Below are positions 36,470 to 50,139 of a stretch of DNA of 64,000 nt, piece after piece. Under the pieces are notes generated by a model, which worked only from the letters and a program-made list of their open reading frames with translations, did not search any database and was not told the DNA's origin. Position 1 is the stretch's first letter; each line of letters begins with the position of its first letter. The position numbers and the translations under genes were made by a program. Location: positions 100,998,001-101,062,000 of the forward strand of contig OX597815.1 of NCBI GenBank assembly GCA_951406725.2. The letters run 5' to 3'. The stretch comes from Octopus vulgaris (taxonomy: Eukaryota).

Positions 36470-39400
36470 CAGTTTGTGAATCTTGGCACACTGAAAGGTA
36501 GGTCTAGTGAGATTGTAGAGATGCTTGAAAGGAGATGGGTTGATGTATGCTGCATACAAGAGGTAAGATGGAGAGGAGCTTCAGCTAGTCCTCACATGCA
36601 AGGCACATTGGTATAAAGTCTTCTGGCAAGGTAACATGGATGGTGTAGGAGGTGTAGACATACTCCTTGTAGAGAAATGGGTGGATAAAATCATAGAGGT
36701 TGTTAGGGTATGCGATAGTATTTAAGCTCAGGCTAGTCCTGCAGAACAGCACAGCTACAATTATCTCCGCCTATGCCCCACATGCGGAGCTACCAAATGA
36801 TCTGAAGGACCACTTCTATGATACCCTTCCTCAGGCTACCTCATCTTTGTGGCTGGAGATTTTAATGGGCATGTTGGGCGGAAATCTGGTATCTTTACTG
36901 GTGTACATGGGGGCCATGGTATTGGTTCCCAGAACGATGAGGGAACTAGGCTACTGGAGTTCTGTGATACATGTAACCTTTTAATCTGCAACACTAAGTT
37001 CAGGAAGCCAGACAGCCACTTGATAACCTATCAGTCAGGGGACTCAGCTTGCCAGATTGATTTCATCCTCACCAGACAGCGGGACGCAGGGTTGCTCTTA
37101 AATACAAAGACCCTCCCTGGTGAGGAATGCACCCACCAGCATAGACTAGTCATTAGTGACTTTCGATTCGAGACCAGAAGGATGCCTAAAAGCAGAACAA
37201 TCCAGAAGAGAAGGATTTGGAAGCTAAAGAACCCTTCACGTGATCAGAGATTTAGGGACATCCTCATCAAGAAATTTGATGAGAGGGAGGAGGAACTGCA
37301 GTCCTCAGACATAGAAGGTAGCTGGAAATTCTTATGGGACAGCTTACTGAGTGCCACAGACCAAGTCTGTGGATGGTGCAAAGTCCCTTCCAGACCTAGA
37401 GTAACGTGGTGGGGTAATAATATGGTAGACAAAGCCATCAGAGCAAAGAAACAGGCTTGGAAGGGTGGGGGTAGCAGGGAACTGTACCAGATAGCCAAAA
37501 AGGAGGCTGGGTGACAGGTATACATAGCCAAGGGCGAAGCAGAAAAGAAGGAGTTTGCCATTGTCCAGCGACGTGAGGACCAAGGAACTGAAGTATTCTG
37601 TATTGCAAGACAGCGTGAGAGAAAATTGTGATGTCACATGAGAAAAATGTGTCTGCATGGATGATGGTGCACTTGCTTTTAATGATTTGGAAAAGAATGA
37701 GACTCGGAGGAGCCATTATGAAAGACTGTTGAATGTGGAGAATGAGTGGGAGGAGGAGAGCCTGCCAAATGTTGGTCCAGTATAGGGACCAGCTATCCGA
37801 AAAAACAGCACCCTGGTAGATAAAGCAATTAAAGATATGAAGCCAGGAAAAGCCTCTGGCCCATCAAGAATCACCACTGAGATGCTTAAAACATCTGGTG
37901 GTGTGGGCTTTGGCCTAGTCACCTGTATTGTAAACCAGGTTGTTCATGATGGAGTCATATCCAATGACTGGCATAGCAGCACCATAGTCAACTGCTACAA
38001 AGGTAAAAGTGATGCTTTAGACAGAAATAACTACAGGGGTATCTAATTGCTGGATCAGGTGATGAAGGTCATAGCCCAACTAATAAGGGAAAGAGTTCAC
38101 TTAGATTAGATGCAGTTCGGTTTTGTGCCAGGTAGAAGCACCACTGATGCTATATTCCTGGTACGGCAACTGCAGGAGAAATACCTAGCCAAAGATAAAC
38201 CCCTATATTTAGCTTTTGTGGATTTGAAGAAAACCTTTGACAGGGTCCCCTGATCCCTTATCTGGTTGGCGATGCAGAAACTGGGGATTGACGAATGGTT
38301 AATAAGAGCTGTACAGGCCCTTTACAGAGATGCTGTCAGTAGGGTTAGGATTGGAAATGAGTATAGTGAAGAATTCCAGGTAGAAGTAGGGGTCCACAAA
38401 GGATCAGCCCTCAGCCCCCTCCTATTCATCATAGTCCTCCAGGCAATAACAGAGGAATTCAAGACAGGTTACCCCTGGGAACTTCACTATGCTGATGATC
38501 TGGCCTTCATAGAATCACTACCAGAACTAGAGAAGAAACTTAAAGTTTGGAAGCAAGGTTTAGAATTGAAGGGCCTTAGAGTCAATGTTGCAAAAACCAA
38601 AGTTCTCGTAAGTAGGAAGGCGAACACATCACACATCCCTTCAGGTAGGTGACCCTGCTCGATCTGTAGAAAAGGTGTAGGTAGAAATTCCATAAGATGT
38701 TCTCGGCGTCAGCTATGGACACATAAGATGTGCAGCAACATCAAAGGAAGATTAACCTGGAAGATAGCTTTCACATGCAGCGGATGCATAAGAAGCATTG
38801 GATGTGGAGTGCAAGAGAGACGTTTGTATTGGTATGGTCATGTACTGCAGATGGATGAGGAGAGCTGTGTGAAGAAGTGCCACTCCCAAACAGTGGAAGG
38901 AATCCGAGGTAGAGGGAGACCCAGGAAGACATGGGATGAGGTGGTGAAGCATGACCTTTGTACGTTGGGCCTCACAGAGGTAATCACAAAAGACTGAGAC
39001 CTCTGGAGGTATGCTGTGACTGAGAAGACTCGGCAAATAAAGTGAGTCCACAGCTGTAACCTTCACCAGTGTCTCATAATCAGCCCACTCAAAGGTCTCT
39101 TGGGTTGTAGGGCGACATGCCATGCTTGAGGAGACCTATTGAGTCAAGTACATTAACATCGGCGCTTGCGGTGGTTTGGCCATGCATGTAGGCGTCTGGT
39201 GGGTGAACTGAGCCATGATGTCCTTCTCCCAACTCCACTTCCCAACTGGCGGAAATGCGCGGGCGGTCAGCTGAAGACCTGGACTACAACGATCAAGGAG
39301 GACCTGTCCATGCTCATGGGTCCGCAGGTGGTCGGCCTGCGCCGATGGAACCGTGACTGGCTCGCTATCTCCAGTGAACTGGCGCAGGACCATCGTGCGT

Positions 39401-39793
39401 GGGCTGCCATGGTTCGAGATGCCTTGAGGGTGCTAGAAGAAGCCGACTCAACCTGCTCAGGGTGAATGTCGCCACAAATACAAGTACAAGTATGTACATC
39501 AGCAATATCAAAATCAAATCAAATGGAAATTGTAGCTGTGTGTCCCATGCCGGTAGCACGTAAAAAGCACCATCCGATCGAAGTCGATGCCAGCTCCTCT
39601 GGCCCCTTGTGTTAGTGGCACGTAAAAAGCACCAGCTACACTCTCGGAGTGGTTCGCGTTAGGAAAGGTACCCAGCTGTAGAAACACTGCCAGATCAGAT
39701 TGGGGCCCGGTGCAGCCTCCTGGCTTCCCAGACCCCAGTCAAACTGTCCAACCCATGCCAGCATGGAAAACGGACGTTAAACGATGATGATGA
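36470..39793 (+). mobile_element. Near-full-length degenerate RTE LINE (APE endonuclease, RT, PHD, 3' tail) between EAF and FIG4
   Basis: VDVCCIQEVRW, AGDFNGHVG, QIDFIL, HRLVISDF (APE); GSALSPLLF, YADDL (RT); an internal deletion near 38780; ends in aaacgatgatgatg. Confidence 0.95.
39161..39492 (+). mobile_element. 3' end of a second, GC/CpG-rich RTE-clade LINE nested in the first LINE's 3' UTR
   Basis: RLRWFGHACRR...GGQLKTWTTTIKEDL...LAQDHRAWAAMVRD*, ending in a (CAAGTA)n tail. Confidence 0.8.
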
Positions 39794-40307
39794 TCAATAT
39801 TATTATCATTTTCTTTTGTTTATAGATTAGTTCTTTTAGTATTTAGTTTGTCATCTATTGGGAGAGTTATTGTTATATTTGTAGTCACTACACTTGTGTC
39901 AAGAAACATCCCCACACTAAACACACATTAAGACCTTTAAGATCACTATAAATGTTAGGCCTCACTATCTCTTAGGTTCTCTCTTGGCAAAACTCAGATC
40001 TTCAACATAGCAAAGACTGGCCTTCTTCAAAACAAGAAAATACTTTATCTTTCTGTGTTTATCAATGTTTTACTAAACTCAGGTTAGACCCATCATAGAG
40101 TATTGCTCCCACATCTGAGACAGTGCTACAGCTGGACATACGTATATCCTAGACAAAAGACAACAATAAAAAACACGTAACCATGCCGGTGGCACATAAA
40201 AAGCACCAACCGATCGTGGTTGTTGCCAGCCTCCTCTGGCTCCTGTTGCTGGTGGCACGTAAAAAGCACCACTACGCTCATGGAGTGGTTGGCATTAGGA
40301 AGGGCAT

Positions 40308-41003
40308 ACAATTGAAAAATAGGATAAAATCTTTATAAGAATTCATCAAATAGCTTGAAAACCTCATAAGGGAAAAATCCATCAAATTTTCTCCTAAATA
40401 TATTTATTAATATGGAAGGCATTACTATACATAAATGCCACATGCTAGGAGGGACTCAGAGTCAAAACCACCAAAATAAAAAAAAAACACATTGTACCGA
40501 ATACGAGGGAATGCAACTTTCGAAGTGAGCATTTTAAAACCAGAATTCAGCTGCATATTATATGATTTCATAATTAGTGCACAAATGCACTTTTTAATCT
40601 TCAGTGCAAGCATAATTCAAGCTGTATAAAAAATGAACAAAAATCAACATGTCAGTCAAACACCAAATGCATCTAGAAATCTTTATTATAAGAATATAGC
40701 CTGACACCAAATGTATCTAGCGTAGCATATAGAATTGTTCAACCTTTATACATCTAAGTAAAAGGTGGGCTTTTTCGAATTGCATCTCGGTACAACGTGT
40801 TTATTCAGAATAAAATTCAGCACTGAATATATTCCGGTTAAATTTACAACTGAAAAATAGGATAAAATCTTTATAAGAATTTATCAAGTAGTTAGCGTGA
40901 AAAACCTCATAAGGGAAAAATCCATCAATTTTTCTCTTAAATATATTTATTAATATTGAGGGCATAAATGCCACACGCTAGGAGGGACTCTTAAAGTCAA
41001 AAC
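40308..41003 (+). repeat. ~160-bp direct duplication (~40308-40470 and ~40846-41003) upstream of FIG4
   Basis: tgaaaaataggataaaatctttataagaat...cctcataagggaaaaatccatcaa...gctaggagggactc is present twice. Confidence 0.85.
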
Positions 41004-41880
41004 TACCAAGATTTGGCTGCTATTTTTAGTAAGTCGCTGCTCGGTGGTGGGCTGACAATCTTTAAAGCGTCAGATAAAATGCTCGCAGTTTTTAATTTCG
41101 CTCTGATTTCAAACCCCGCAGGCGTCATCTTTGTCTTTCCTTCCTTCGATAAAAAGCGATAAAAAAAAACAAAAAAAAAACTAGTCAAGTAATCGTTAAT
41201 GTGAATGGGATTTATTACGTCTTGAGCTAACAGAATCGTTAGTGTGCTGAACAAAATGCTTAGTGGCATTTCGTCTGTTTTTACATTCTGAGTTGGAATT
41301 CCGCTGAGGTCGACTTTGCTTTTCATCCTTTCAGGGTCGATAAAATAAGTACCAGTTGAACACTTGATGTAATAAACCTAACCCTTCTACCGAAATTGCT
41401 GGTTTCGTGCCAACATTTCAAACTAATATGAATGGGATTTATAAGTCATGTTGGCAGTTATCTTTATAGATAGCAGACGATTTAAGTGAATTGTCTTCCT
41501 TACATTTCCTCTCTAGTTTATTCCAATAGTTTGTTTACAACACAAATTACAGACATTTTGTTCTCACCTTCGCTATTTTCTACTCTCTGTGATGTACATT
41601 CATTTCGGAACCAAGAAAGAGGGAAGTCTGAACCCTCAGTATTTTCCTACTCATTACATTTAATCTATAGTTTTCAGTCTCTTCATACCAGAGATATTTT
41701 AGTATTTTCCCCCCTACTAATGGGAATTTTTGTTAACTAGTCCACCCAGGATGTCTCTCATCCAAAACTTTGTTCTTCTTACTAATTATCGTACATTATT
41801 TTCGTCTCAGTGTTAATAAAACCCAAATACTATATATTTATTCACTAAATAATCCACATCACAAAAAAAAAACGTCCACA

Positions 41881-41946
41881 ATGAAACAAACAGAAGTTCC
41901 ATTTATTTCCTCTATGCAAAAGCTGCTGTTATATGAGACAAAAGCG
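41881..41946 (+). CDS. FIG4: FIG4 coding exon 1 (MKQTEVPFISSMQKLLLYETKA)
   Basis: Matches the FIG4 N-terminus (PIISSVQKLVLYETRA). GTAAGT donor. Confidence 0.92.
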
Positions 41947-43904
41947 GTAAGTTTCTACGAGTCTTTATTTGCAGTTAAATGTTTTAACCATTAAAATCAT
42001 ATAAAAATCGGTAAATAGATATAATAGTCAAGAAAACAGACTAGTTGTTATAAAACTCTTCTATTATAAATTAATTGATAAATGAAAGCCGATGTGTTCC
42101 GTTGACGGTTTGATGTGTGCTTGTTATAATTTCATTCACATCTCGGATGCTTATATTAGGAATAAACTAGACTTTAGTGTACGTCTCCTGTCCTCTTTTA
42201 ATTCCCAATTTTTAAAATTTCCATGGGATAGTTTGTACTTAATCGCATAGCAAGTGTTCTGCAGTGTACGGAAAGCAAGATGTTTTAGCGACATGTTGCT
42301 CTTAGTAATTAGTTGTAAAATTGAGTAATTACTAATATCTAATGTCTATTAATTATTCAATAAATAAATTTTAAAAAAAACCCCAATTAATTACTCTATA
42401 CTGTATCTCTTAAGATATCGAGTTCTGGTGTTATGTGCCACTTTAGGTTTTCGGAAAGTTTCATCATTCATTATCAGACAGTGCATGATATTATCCGTGT
42501 TAGATAAAACAACCTAAAGGCCATATGTGGAATTTGACAGTATATTCATTGTGCTATGCAAATGTAATACTTATCACGAATTTACTAGGACAGTTTATTT
42601 TATTAAAATATTATTATTGTTATATGTATCGGTGCCCCAGCATGGCGGTGCCCCAGCATGGCCACAGCTCATAAGCTGGAACTAGAATCAATCAAAATCG
42701 TTTTATTACGTTTGTTCAAATTGTCTTAGCGCTGATCAAGCAGAGCCTTGATCTAAGGTGTTCCAGTCATAGCAATTTCACCCTTTTGTTTCAGATGTAC
42801 CCTATCTTGGACTACATTATCTAATAATGTATCCACCCTTTTTTTTTAAACGGTACCTTATGATTTGAGAGATTTGGCTGCTACTTCTAGTAAATCGAAA
42901 GTCCACGTAGAGGCTCCCATGTCACCCATCATTGTTGTTTAACACCTGGTAATCACTGATACAGCACACTTTCACTTAAAATCGTGCCTACCACGACGAT
43001 CCCCTCTTATTTTCAGACAGTGTTTATTTTAGGTCTATATTAGCCAGTGTGTGTGTAGTGAGTGGACTATCGAAAGACGGGCACAGTAGAGCGTGATTTG
43101 TGCCGATTTAACTGCTGTTTCATTATGCCTATTTGTGAACTTTAAACTAGGAATAACCTCATGTTATAAACTATGAACAGCATATTCACTTGTTCATCTC
43201 ATTGACATGATAGGACACTTCTTCCCGAATATTTGAAAGAGAAGAATCACTTCATTGTTGACGGAGTTATTAATAGTTTTAATGGGTTATTTGAAAGAGT
43301 GTCGGTCAATGCCTTGCGACCTCGACATCCTAATTTCAAATCCTAGCTAAGTTAACTTTGTCTTTCATGGGGCGATAAAATAAAATATGAAGTTCTGGAT
43401 ATGTGGAAATGTTAATGATATTGACTATACCTTCGTCCACTTACTAAATGGATAGGTTGTGCATATGAAAGAAATAAGTATTTATTAAGGAGTAATGGAT
43501 TGACAGAATCAGTTGTGTTGAACAAAATGTCTTGTGATGTGTATGGTAATCTTTCAGAGAAAATATGAAAAGTGAAAGCATTTGTTCGGCAAATTCCGTG
43601 AAAAATTCTTTCTTTTTTTTTTCAGTTGAATCACTTTTGTTTATGTATTTTTGTGTATGTGTTTATCTGTGTATGTAAGTATATGTATATTACAAGTACT
43701 TTTACTTCTCGTACACCTTCTCCGAAAGTTTGTTATATACATGAGTGTCTTAACGTTCTGAATTCAAATCCCGTCGAAGCTGACTTCGCCTTTCATCCTT
43801 CTGAGTTTGATAAAATAAGTTCCGTTTGAGTACTGGGATCGATCAATCATTTGTATCCATTCCCTAAATTTGAAGAAATGATCTCTACGTTAGAAGATAA
43901 TATT

Positions 43905-44487
43905 ATCATCATCATCATCCGTCGTTTAACGTCCGCTTTCCATGCTGGCGTGGGTTGGACGGTTTGACTGAGGGCTGGTGAGCCAGAAGGCTGCACCAGG
44001 CTCCAATCTGATCTGGCAAAGTTTCTACAGCTGGATGCCCTTCCTAACGCCAACCACTCCGAGGTGCTTTTTATGTGCCACTGGCACGAGGACCAGTCAG
44101 GCGGTACTAACATCGATCACGCTTGAATGGCACTTTTTATGTGCCAGTCAGCTGGCACTGGCAATGATCACGCTTGAATGGTGCTTTTTAAGTGCCACCG
44201 GCATGGTCATCAGCCATGACAATGACTTCACTTGACTCAACAAGTGCAGTTTATTGCCCGATGATTGAAGGGTACTCTTAAATGGGCTGGTTATGCTGCA
44301 CTGGCATAGGCCACGGTTATGGTTTCACTTGGTTTGCCAGGTCTTCTCAAGCACAGCATATCTCCAATGGTGCTGGTCACTTGTCATCACCTCCGTGAAG
44401 CCCAACATTCAAAGGTCATGCTTCACCACCTCATACCAGGTCTTCCTGGGTCTACCTCTTCTACAGGTTCCCTCTAATGGTAGAGTG
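43905..44487 (-). mobile_element. 5'-truncated RTE LINE copy in FIG4 intron 1
   Basis: Tail plus the GRPRKTWYEVVKHDL C-terminus on the minus strand. Confidence 0.85.
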
Positions 44488-45605
44488 TAACTGGCTTATG
44501 TACTCAAGTTCTGAGTTCAGATCTTGCCAATGTTAACTTAAAATCAATAGAATAAACAACTAGTCAATTACTGTGCCAATGTTAGAAATCAGTATTGAAT
44601 TTGTCTCAATATCTGAAAGGTTTATTATTATTGTTGTTTAGCCACAGGTGTAACCTAATTGAGCAAACCTACAGCAGAAGTTCCATCTGTTACATCTTGT
44701 TGTTTAGTCTAACAAGCTGTGTCTAAGAATATATTTTCCAATGTGCCTTTTTTTTTAAAGCTGATAGAGTGTGGTCTGAGGGAGATGTGGCCACTATTTT
44801 GAGCAGAGTGAAAGATTAGAGGTTCCTTGAACATTGAATCTTTTATTTTCATGATAGTGTATTTTGGATTACATTATCCATTGTATCTGATTCTTTTTTT
44901 GAAGAGAGTGATTTGAGGGAGATTTAGTTGCTATTTTGAGCGGGTTGAGCAATCATAGTGGATATTTACTGTTTCAGCTGAAGGTGCATGTTATAAAATT
45001 TATAGAACTGTTTGTTGCTAATATTTAGCTCCTGGTTAGGGCTGATTCAACAAACCTATAATGAAAGGCATTCCAACTATAACTACACTGTACTTATGTT
45101 GGGCATTACATTTTCCAGACTACATTATCCACTCTGTCCCTTCCTTTTCAAGATGGCAGGATTTGGATATGAGTGACATTTGTCTGCTATTTCTTGCAGG
45201 TGCAACTCCCTTGTAGAAGTTCTCTTATTGGTTTGTCTTTACTGGTTGTTGACATACTGGTTTCTTTAGAAGTGAAAATCTGTAGTTATTGTTATAACTT
45301 AGATGTTACAGTCATGACCATCCCATCTTTTTGTTATGTCCATGGCACCTTTATCCAACATTTCTTTTTTAAGGTGGTTTGAGGGAGACTTGGCTGTTAC
45401 TTTCAGCAGTTTGAACGACCACATAAAGGTTCCTTCATTGGTTAGAGAATCTTTTGTAATTAAACAATGTATAATCTTCCATGAATAGGAAATCTACAGT
45501 TAGTGTGTTTAAATCTGTAGTTCACTATTATTTGCCTTTTTTCTCTTTGAATATAGGCCATCTCTATTTTTGGTAATGTATCATGTAATATTCTCTCATT
45601 TTCAG

Positions 45606-45704
45606 CGTATATATGTAGTTGGTTCAAATAATGATGAGACTAAGTTTCGCATTCTCAAGATACATAGGAATGAGCCACGTGACCTAATTATGGAAGATGA
45701 CATG
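45606..45704 (+). CDS. FIG4: FIG4 exon 2 (RIYVVGSNNDETKFRILKIHRNEPRDLIMEDDM)
   Basis: Compare [29 protein letters not shown]/GT boundaries, phase 0. Confidence 0.95.
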
Positions 45705-47078
45705 GTAAGGTCATAAATTGCATCCATTTTTTTTCAAATTTTCTACAGTTATTCAATATTCATGTATGGTTAAAAAATTTCAATCAACTTTTACTTTTTT
45801 ATCTTTCATAAACATACTTAATGTCTCAATAGCTTTATCAAATAAAATATATTCCTTTGAAATAAGGCAAGGGAGATGAATGTAAAATTAGAGTTATAAA
45901 TTGAATGGGAGTATACTGTGGGGAGTGAGTCTGATGTTTGAAAAGTAAGCTAACAATTCAGGATGAATGGTGCTTATGTTTGCTTCCAGTGATAAAGCAG
46001 ATAAGTCACTTTTCCTATGATAGAATACCAGCTTATTGTAGAAAACATATCCAGAAGATTTAGTTCTTAATTTCTGATTTGAATCTGAACTCATGAATGT
46101 ATCCGAATACACTGTGCTCAGTGGCTATGATCTTAAGATTCCTGATCTTGTAGCTTAGTGCCATATCTACTGAGTCATTTGCAAGAGATTTTAGTCTATA
46201 AGAGGTATCATTTCCAGAAATTTCTGACATGTATTCTACATTGATGTCAGCTAAAGTAAGTGAAATTGTCTTGTACAGAAACATTATATGGATGCAAGCA
46301 TTGCTGTATGTTTAAGAATTTTGCTGTGCAACTATGTAAGTTTTGTGTTTTATCCTACTGTGTTGTACCTTACACAAGTGTGTTCTACTGTAACTTCTGG
46401 TCAAGCAAAGTCTCATGAAACAAAATTGATAGGCAAAACAGTATGGAAATCCTGTGCAGAGATATTTTTAGATGGTAGAATTAATCCGTCACCCAGTTTA
46501 AAATCCATCTGGCTGTTGACTGCTATTTATTGAGCACACCCTGTTGTGAACATTCAGGTCAGATCTCCAGTTTGAAGATCTCCCACCTGTTTCAGAGACT
46601 ATGAAAAGGGCTTCTGTGATTGCAGGGAGGAAGTTATATGTTTGCTTTTTATATGACTGCTATCATTTAGAATTACTGAGGGTGCATGGCCTAGTGTTTA
46701 GGGTGTTGCACTCAGGATTGTGAAATCAATTCCTGGAGCAGGTGATGTATTGAGTTCTTGAGCAAAACACTTCTTTTCACATTACTCTCTGATCACTTCA
46801 ATACCTGACATGTAGTACATTGTGCACCGGTTTGAGCAACACTGATTTCATGGAGATAGTGAGCTGATGTACTGCACAAACACTTGATCACTATAAACGA
46901 ATCATTTGTCAGGTTTAGCATGAAATGGCAGAGCTGCCTTTCTTAGACTATGAGAGCCTACCATAATTTCATTTAGAATTTAAATAAAAAGATTGTTTTA
47001 AAATAATGGTAATGATAGTGCTAGTAGTAGGAGTGGTGGGGATTATATTGACCGTAATCTGTCTTTTCTTTCTTGCAG

Positions 47079-47205
47079 AAAGTGTACACAGCAGATGAAG
47101 TGCGTAATACACTTGCAATGATCGAATCGGGTAATAGACCCCTATCAAGTATTCTAAAAGGTGGTTCTGGGTTGTTTAAATCTGAATCAGCTTTCGGTAT
47201 TGCTG
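47079..47205 (+). CDS. FIG4: FIG4 exon 3 (KVYTADEVRNTLAMIESGNR...SAFGIA)
   Basis: Compare VYTQQEVRELL..LDLGNR...SAFGVVG. AG/GTAAG boundaries. Confidence 0.93.
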
Positions 47206-47892
47206 GTAAGTTATAATAGTTTTCAGGCTATCTTCTGATTCTCTTTTTGTTTGGTTCCTTTTTGATTGCAACCAAATGTTGTTTACTTCCAAGCCACATG
47301 TTCCTCACAATAATCAACTTGCAGCTGCTCAAGCTGAATGACAACTGCATCAATCTTACTTGTCTTACAAAAGTCAAGGGCACAGATCCTTTATCTTCAT
47401 TGAAACTGTGAACAAACTGCCAAAAAAAAAAGCTTGTATACAATGCACTCTGTTTATGTGCAACAAGTTTTCACTCATGTAGAAGAGATTCAATTATCAT
47501 AATCTTTGTTGTAATGTCCACTTTTTCATGCTTGCATGGGCCAGAGGAAATTTGCTGAAGTAGATTTACTATGGCTACATTCCTTGTTATCACCAACTCT
47601 CACTTGTTTCCAAGCAAGATAATATTTCCTCATGGAAGATTGGAAATGAATGACACAGCTAGTGATACTCATTTACGGCTATCACACAATGTCAAGACAA
47701 GGAGGCCCAGCTGCACACACATACAATCATCATCATCATTTAATGTCCATCTTCCATGCTGGCATGAGTTGGACCAAGTACACACACACACGTGTGCAGG
47801 AAGCTAGCACCTTGGGCAAGTGTTCTTCTATTGCTCCAAGCTGACCATGCCTTATGAGCTAAATTTAGCTGATAGAAAATGTACAAAGCTTG

Positions 47893-47928
<36 letters not shown>

Positions 47929-47930
<2 letters not shown>

Positions 47931-48480
47931 TGGCTGCCCCCTCATTATCGAGTATGGCTATTGCACGAAGCTTAATCAATGTTGTTATCATGCAATGCCT
48001 GTGCAAGAAGATTTTTTTTTTAAAGTGAGGAAAGACTGTGCACTGAGTCAATCCCACTCACTAAGCAACAGCTGCCATAATCCGAAAAGAAGATCAAGTC
48101 AACATCATCGGTAACCACTGAGCCGCAGGTTTTATGTTGGAGTTATCTCAGTTACCTGAGTTACCTTCTAGAAGGATGCCCTAACAAAAGCTTGGAGTCC
48201 TTCACTCCCAATGGTTTAACCGCGTGATCGGGTATTCAGTCCGATTATTTCTATGTCCTCGCGCATGATACAGCCTTGAGATATTTATTGGATGGCCGTT
48301 GACTCTCAAGAGTTCCTCCGCCCTTTGACGGGTTTTGTTTTTCAACCCGCAGGGTGTCCAATAAACACCCTCCTCACCAAGCAAGCTTGGTGGGGTTGCC
48401 AGTTTAGTCGCCGACAACCCGACGATGCAACAGGTTGCACTGGGTTACATGTTATCAGTAGCACTCAAAAGTGACCTGAC
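47929..48480 (-). mobile_element. CpG-rich non-coding retroposon-like insertion between microsatellites, possibly an RTE-derived SINE
   Basis: Sharp GC/CpG increase, bounded by (TA)n on the left and (TA/TG)n on the right. No credible ORF. Confidence 0.45.
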
Positions 48481-48845
48481 ATGAATATATGTGTGTGTGT
48501 GTATATATATATATATACACACACACAGATGAGGGGTGTTCATTAAAGATTTCACCTGACCCACTTCCCAAGGACTGGGATAAACAAAACTTGGCATAAT
48601 TATGCTATGCTTCTCTACATAACCACCACCAATGGTCAGGAGAGTAAGGGGGATGAGGAAGGATTTCATAACTGCAGGAGTGTGCTTTCATCTGGGTAAC
48701 ATGCTCTTTGTGAACTGGGGCATTATCTTAGAGGAGGTGGATTCCTTTGGTCAGCATGCCATACCTCTCTGCTAACATGGAAGAGAAAAACATACATTAA
48801 AAGGAAGAGGGACAAATGATCAAAGTTGACTAGTGTGTGTTTGTT

Positions 48846-49981
48846 AGAGTGGAGCGTTTTTTCATGATTTTTGATTTCGTGATATGGGTAGTGCAGAAAA
48901 GTTGTGAATGACTATCAAAGTAACTGGTGTAAAATTTTAGAACTCTGTGACAATATCTTCTATCTCCAGAAATGCATTGAAAAATGGAAAAAGTGGAAAA
49001 AACTGCCTCTACTTATTTATTAGCTATAAAATACAGTTTCCATTGCATCTTCTTTGGGTAGCTTTTAAGTTACTGTGAAATGTGAAATGACTGTGGCTTT
49101 TAAATGACTGAAATTACTCTAAAATATGACTTAACATGTTTTTTTTTCTGACTTCATCTTCTTCCTCCACAATTGCCTCAAAATATGCAAAAGTCATAGA
49201 GAAAAACACGTTGAAGTATTTTTTCCCTCTTTTTCCATTGTTTGATGCATTTGTGGAAACAGAAGATATTGCCATAGAGTTCTAAGATTTTACATCAGTT
49301 ATTTGGTCTACTTATACCAGTTATTTGGGACAAGGTGGTAGAGCATGATCTCTGAATGCTTGGCCTTATGGAGGCAATGACAAGTGACCAAGACCTTTGG
49401 CAATATACTGTGCTTGAGAAGACCCATCGAGCTAAGTGAGATTGTAGTTGTGGCTGATACCAGTGTCCCGTAACTGGCCTATTAAAAACACCCATCAAAC
49501 ATTGAGAGATATGCTGTGCTTGTGAAACCTTTGAGCTCAGTGAAATCATTGTCGTGGCTGATGCCAGTGCCGCCTGACTGGCACCCATGCCAGTGGCACG
49601 TAACAAGCAGTTCAAGCACTGGGCCTCATGGAGGCAGTGACAGGTGACCAAGACCTTTCGCACTATATTGTGCTGTGTAGACCTGTTAAGCCAAGTGAGA
49701 CCATAGTTGTGACCAATGTTGGTGTCAGGTCAATGGCAGCTGTGTCAGTGGCATGTAAAAAGCATCCAAAACACTTTCAGAGAGGTTGGCATTAAGAAGG
49801 GCATCCAGCCATAGAAACCTTGCCATAAGCTTCCCGGCTTACCAGTTTTCAGTCAAACTATCCAACCATGCCAGCATGGAAAATGAACATTAAATGATGA
49901 TAATAGTTTTGATATCCATTCACAACTTTTCTGCACTACTCCTATCACAAAATAAAAAATCGTGAAAAAATGCTCCACCCT
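48846..49981. mobile_element. Foldback MITE whose right arm is interrupted by an RTE 3' fragment (~49303-49902)
   Basis: Left end gtggagcgttttttcatgattttt...gtagtgcagaaaagttgtgaatg pairs with right end cattcacaacttttctgcactac...cgtgaaaaaatgctccac. Inner arms ~48925-49010 and ~49210-49300 also pair. Confidence 0.8.
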
Positions 49982-50139
49982 GGAGTATTTGTGTGGAGGT
50001 GTGTTTACATCTATAATAAAAAAAATGCCAAAACGAATTTATGTGTGTCAGTGTATCACACTTTAACCTCCTCTCTCACTATTCAGTGACACTTCTACTA
50101 TTCCTCATGTTGGGGTGAGTGTAATAGTAGGCATAAAGA

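Noticed and set aside
36470-39793. Active autonomous LINE
   Set aside because: Multiple in-frame stops, frameshifts and an internal deletion.
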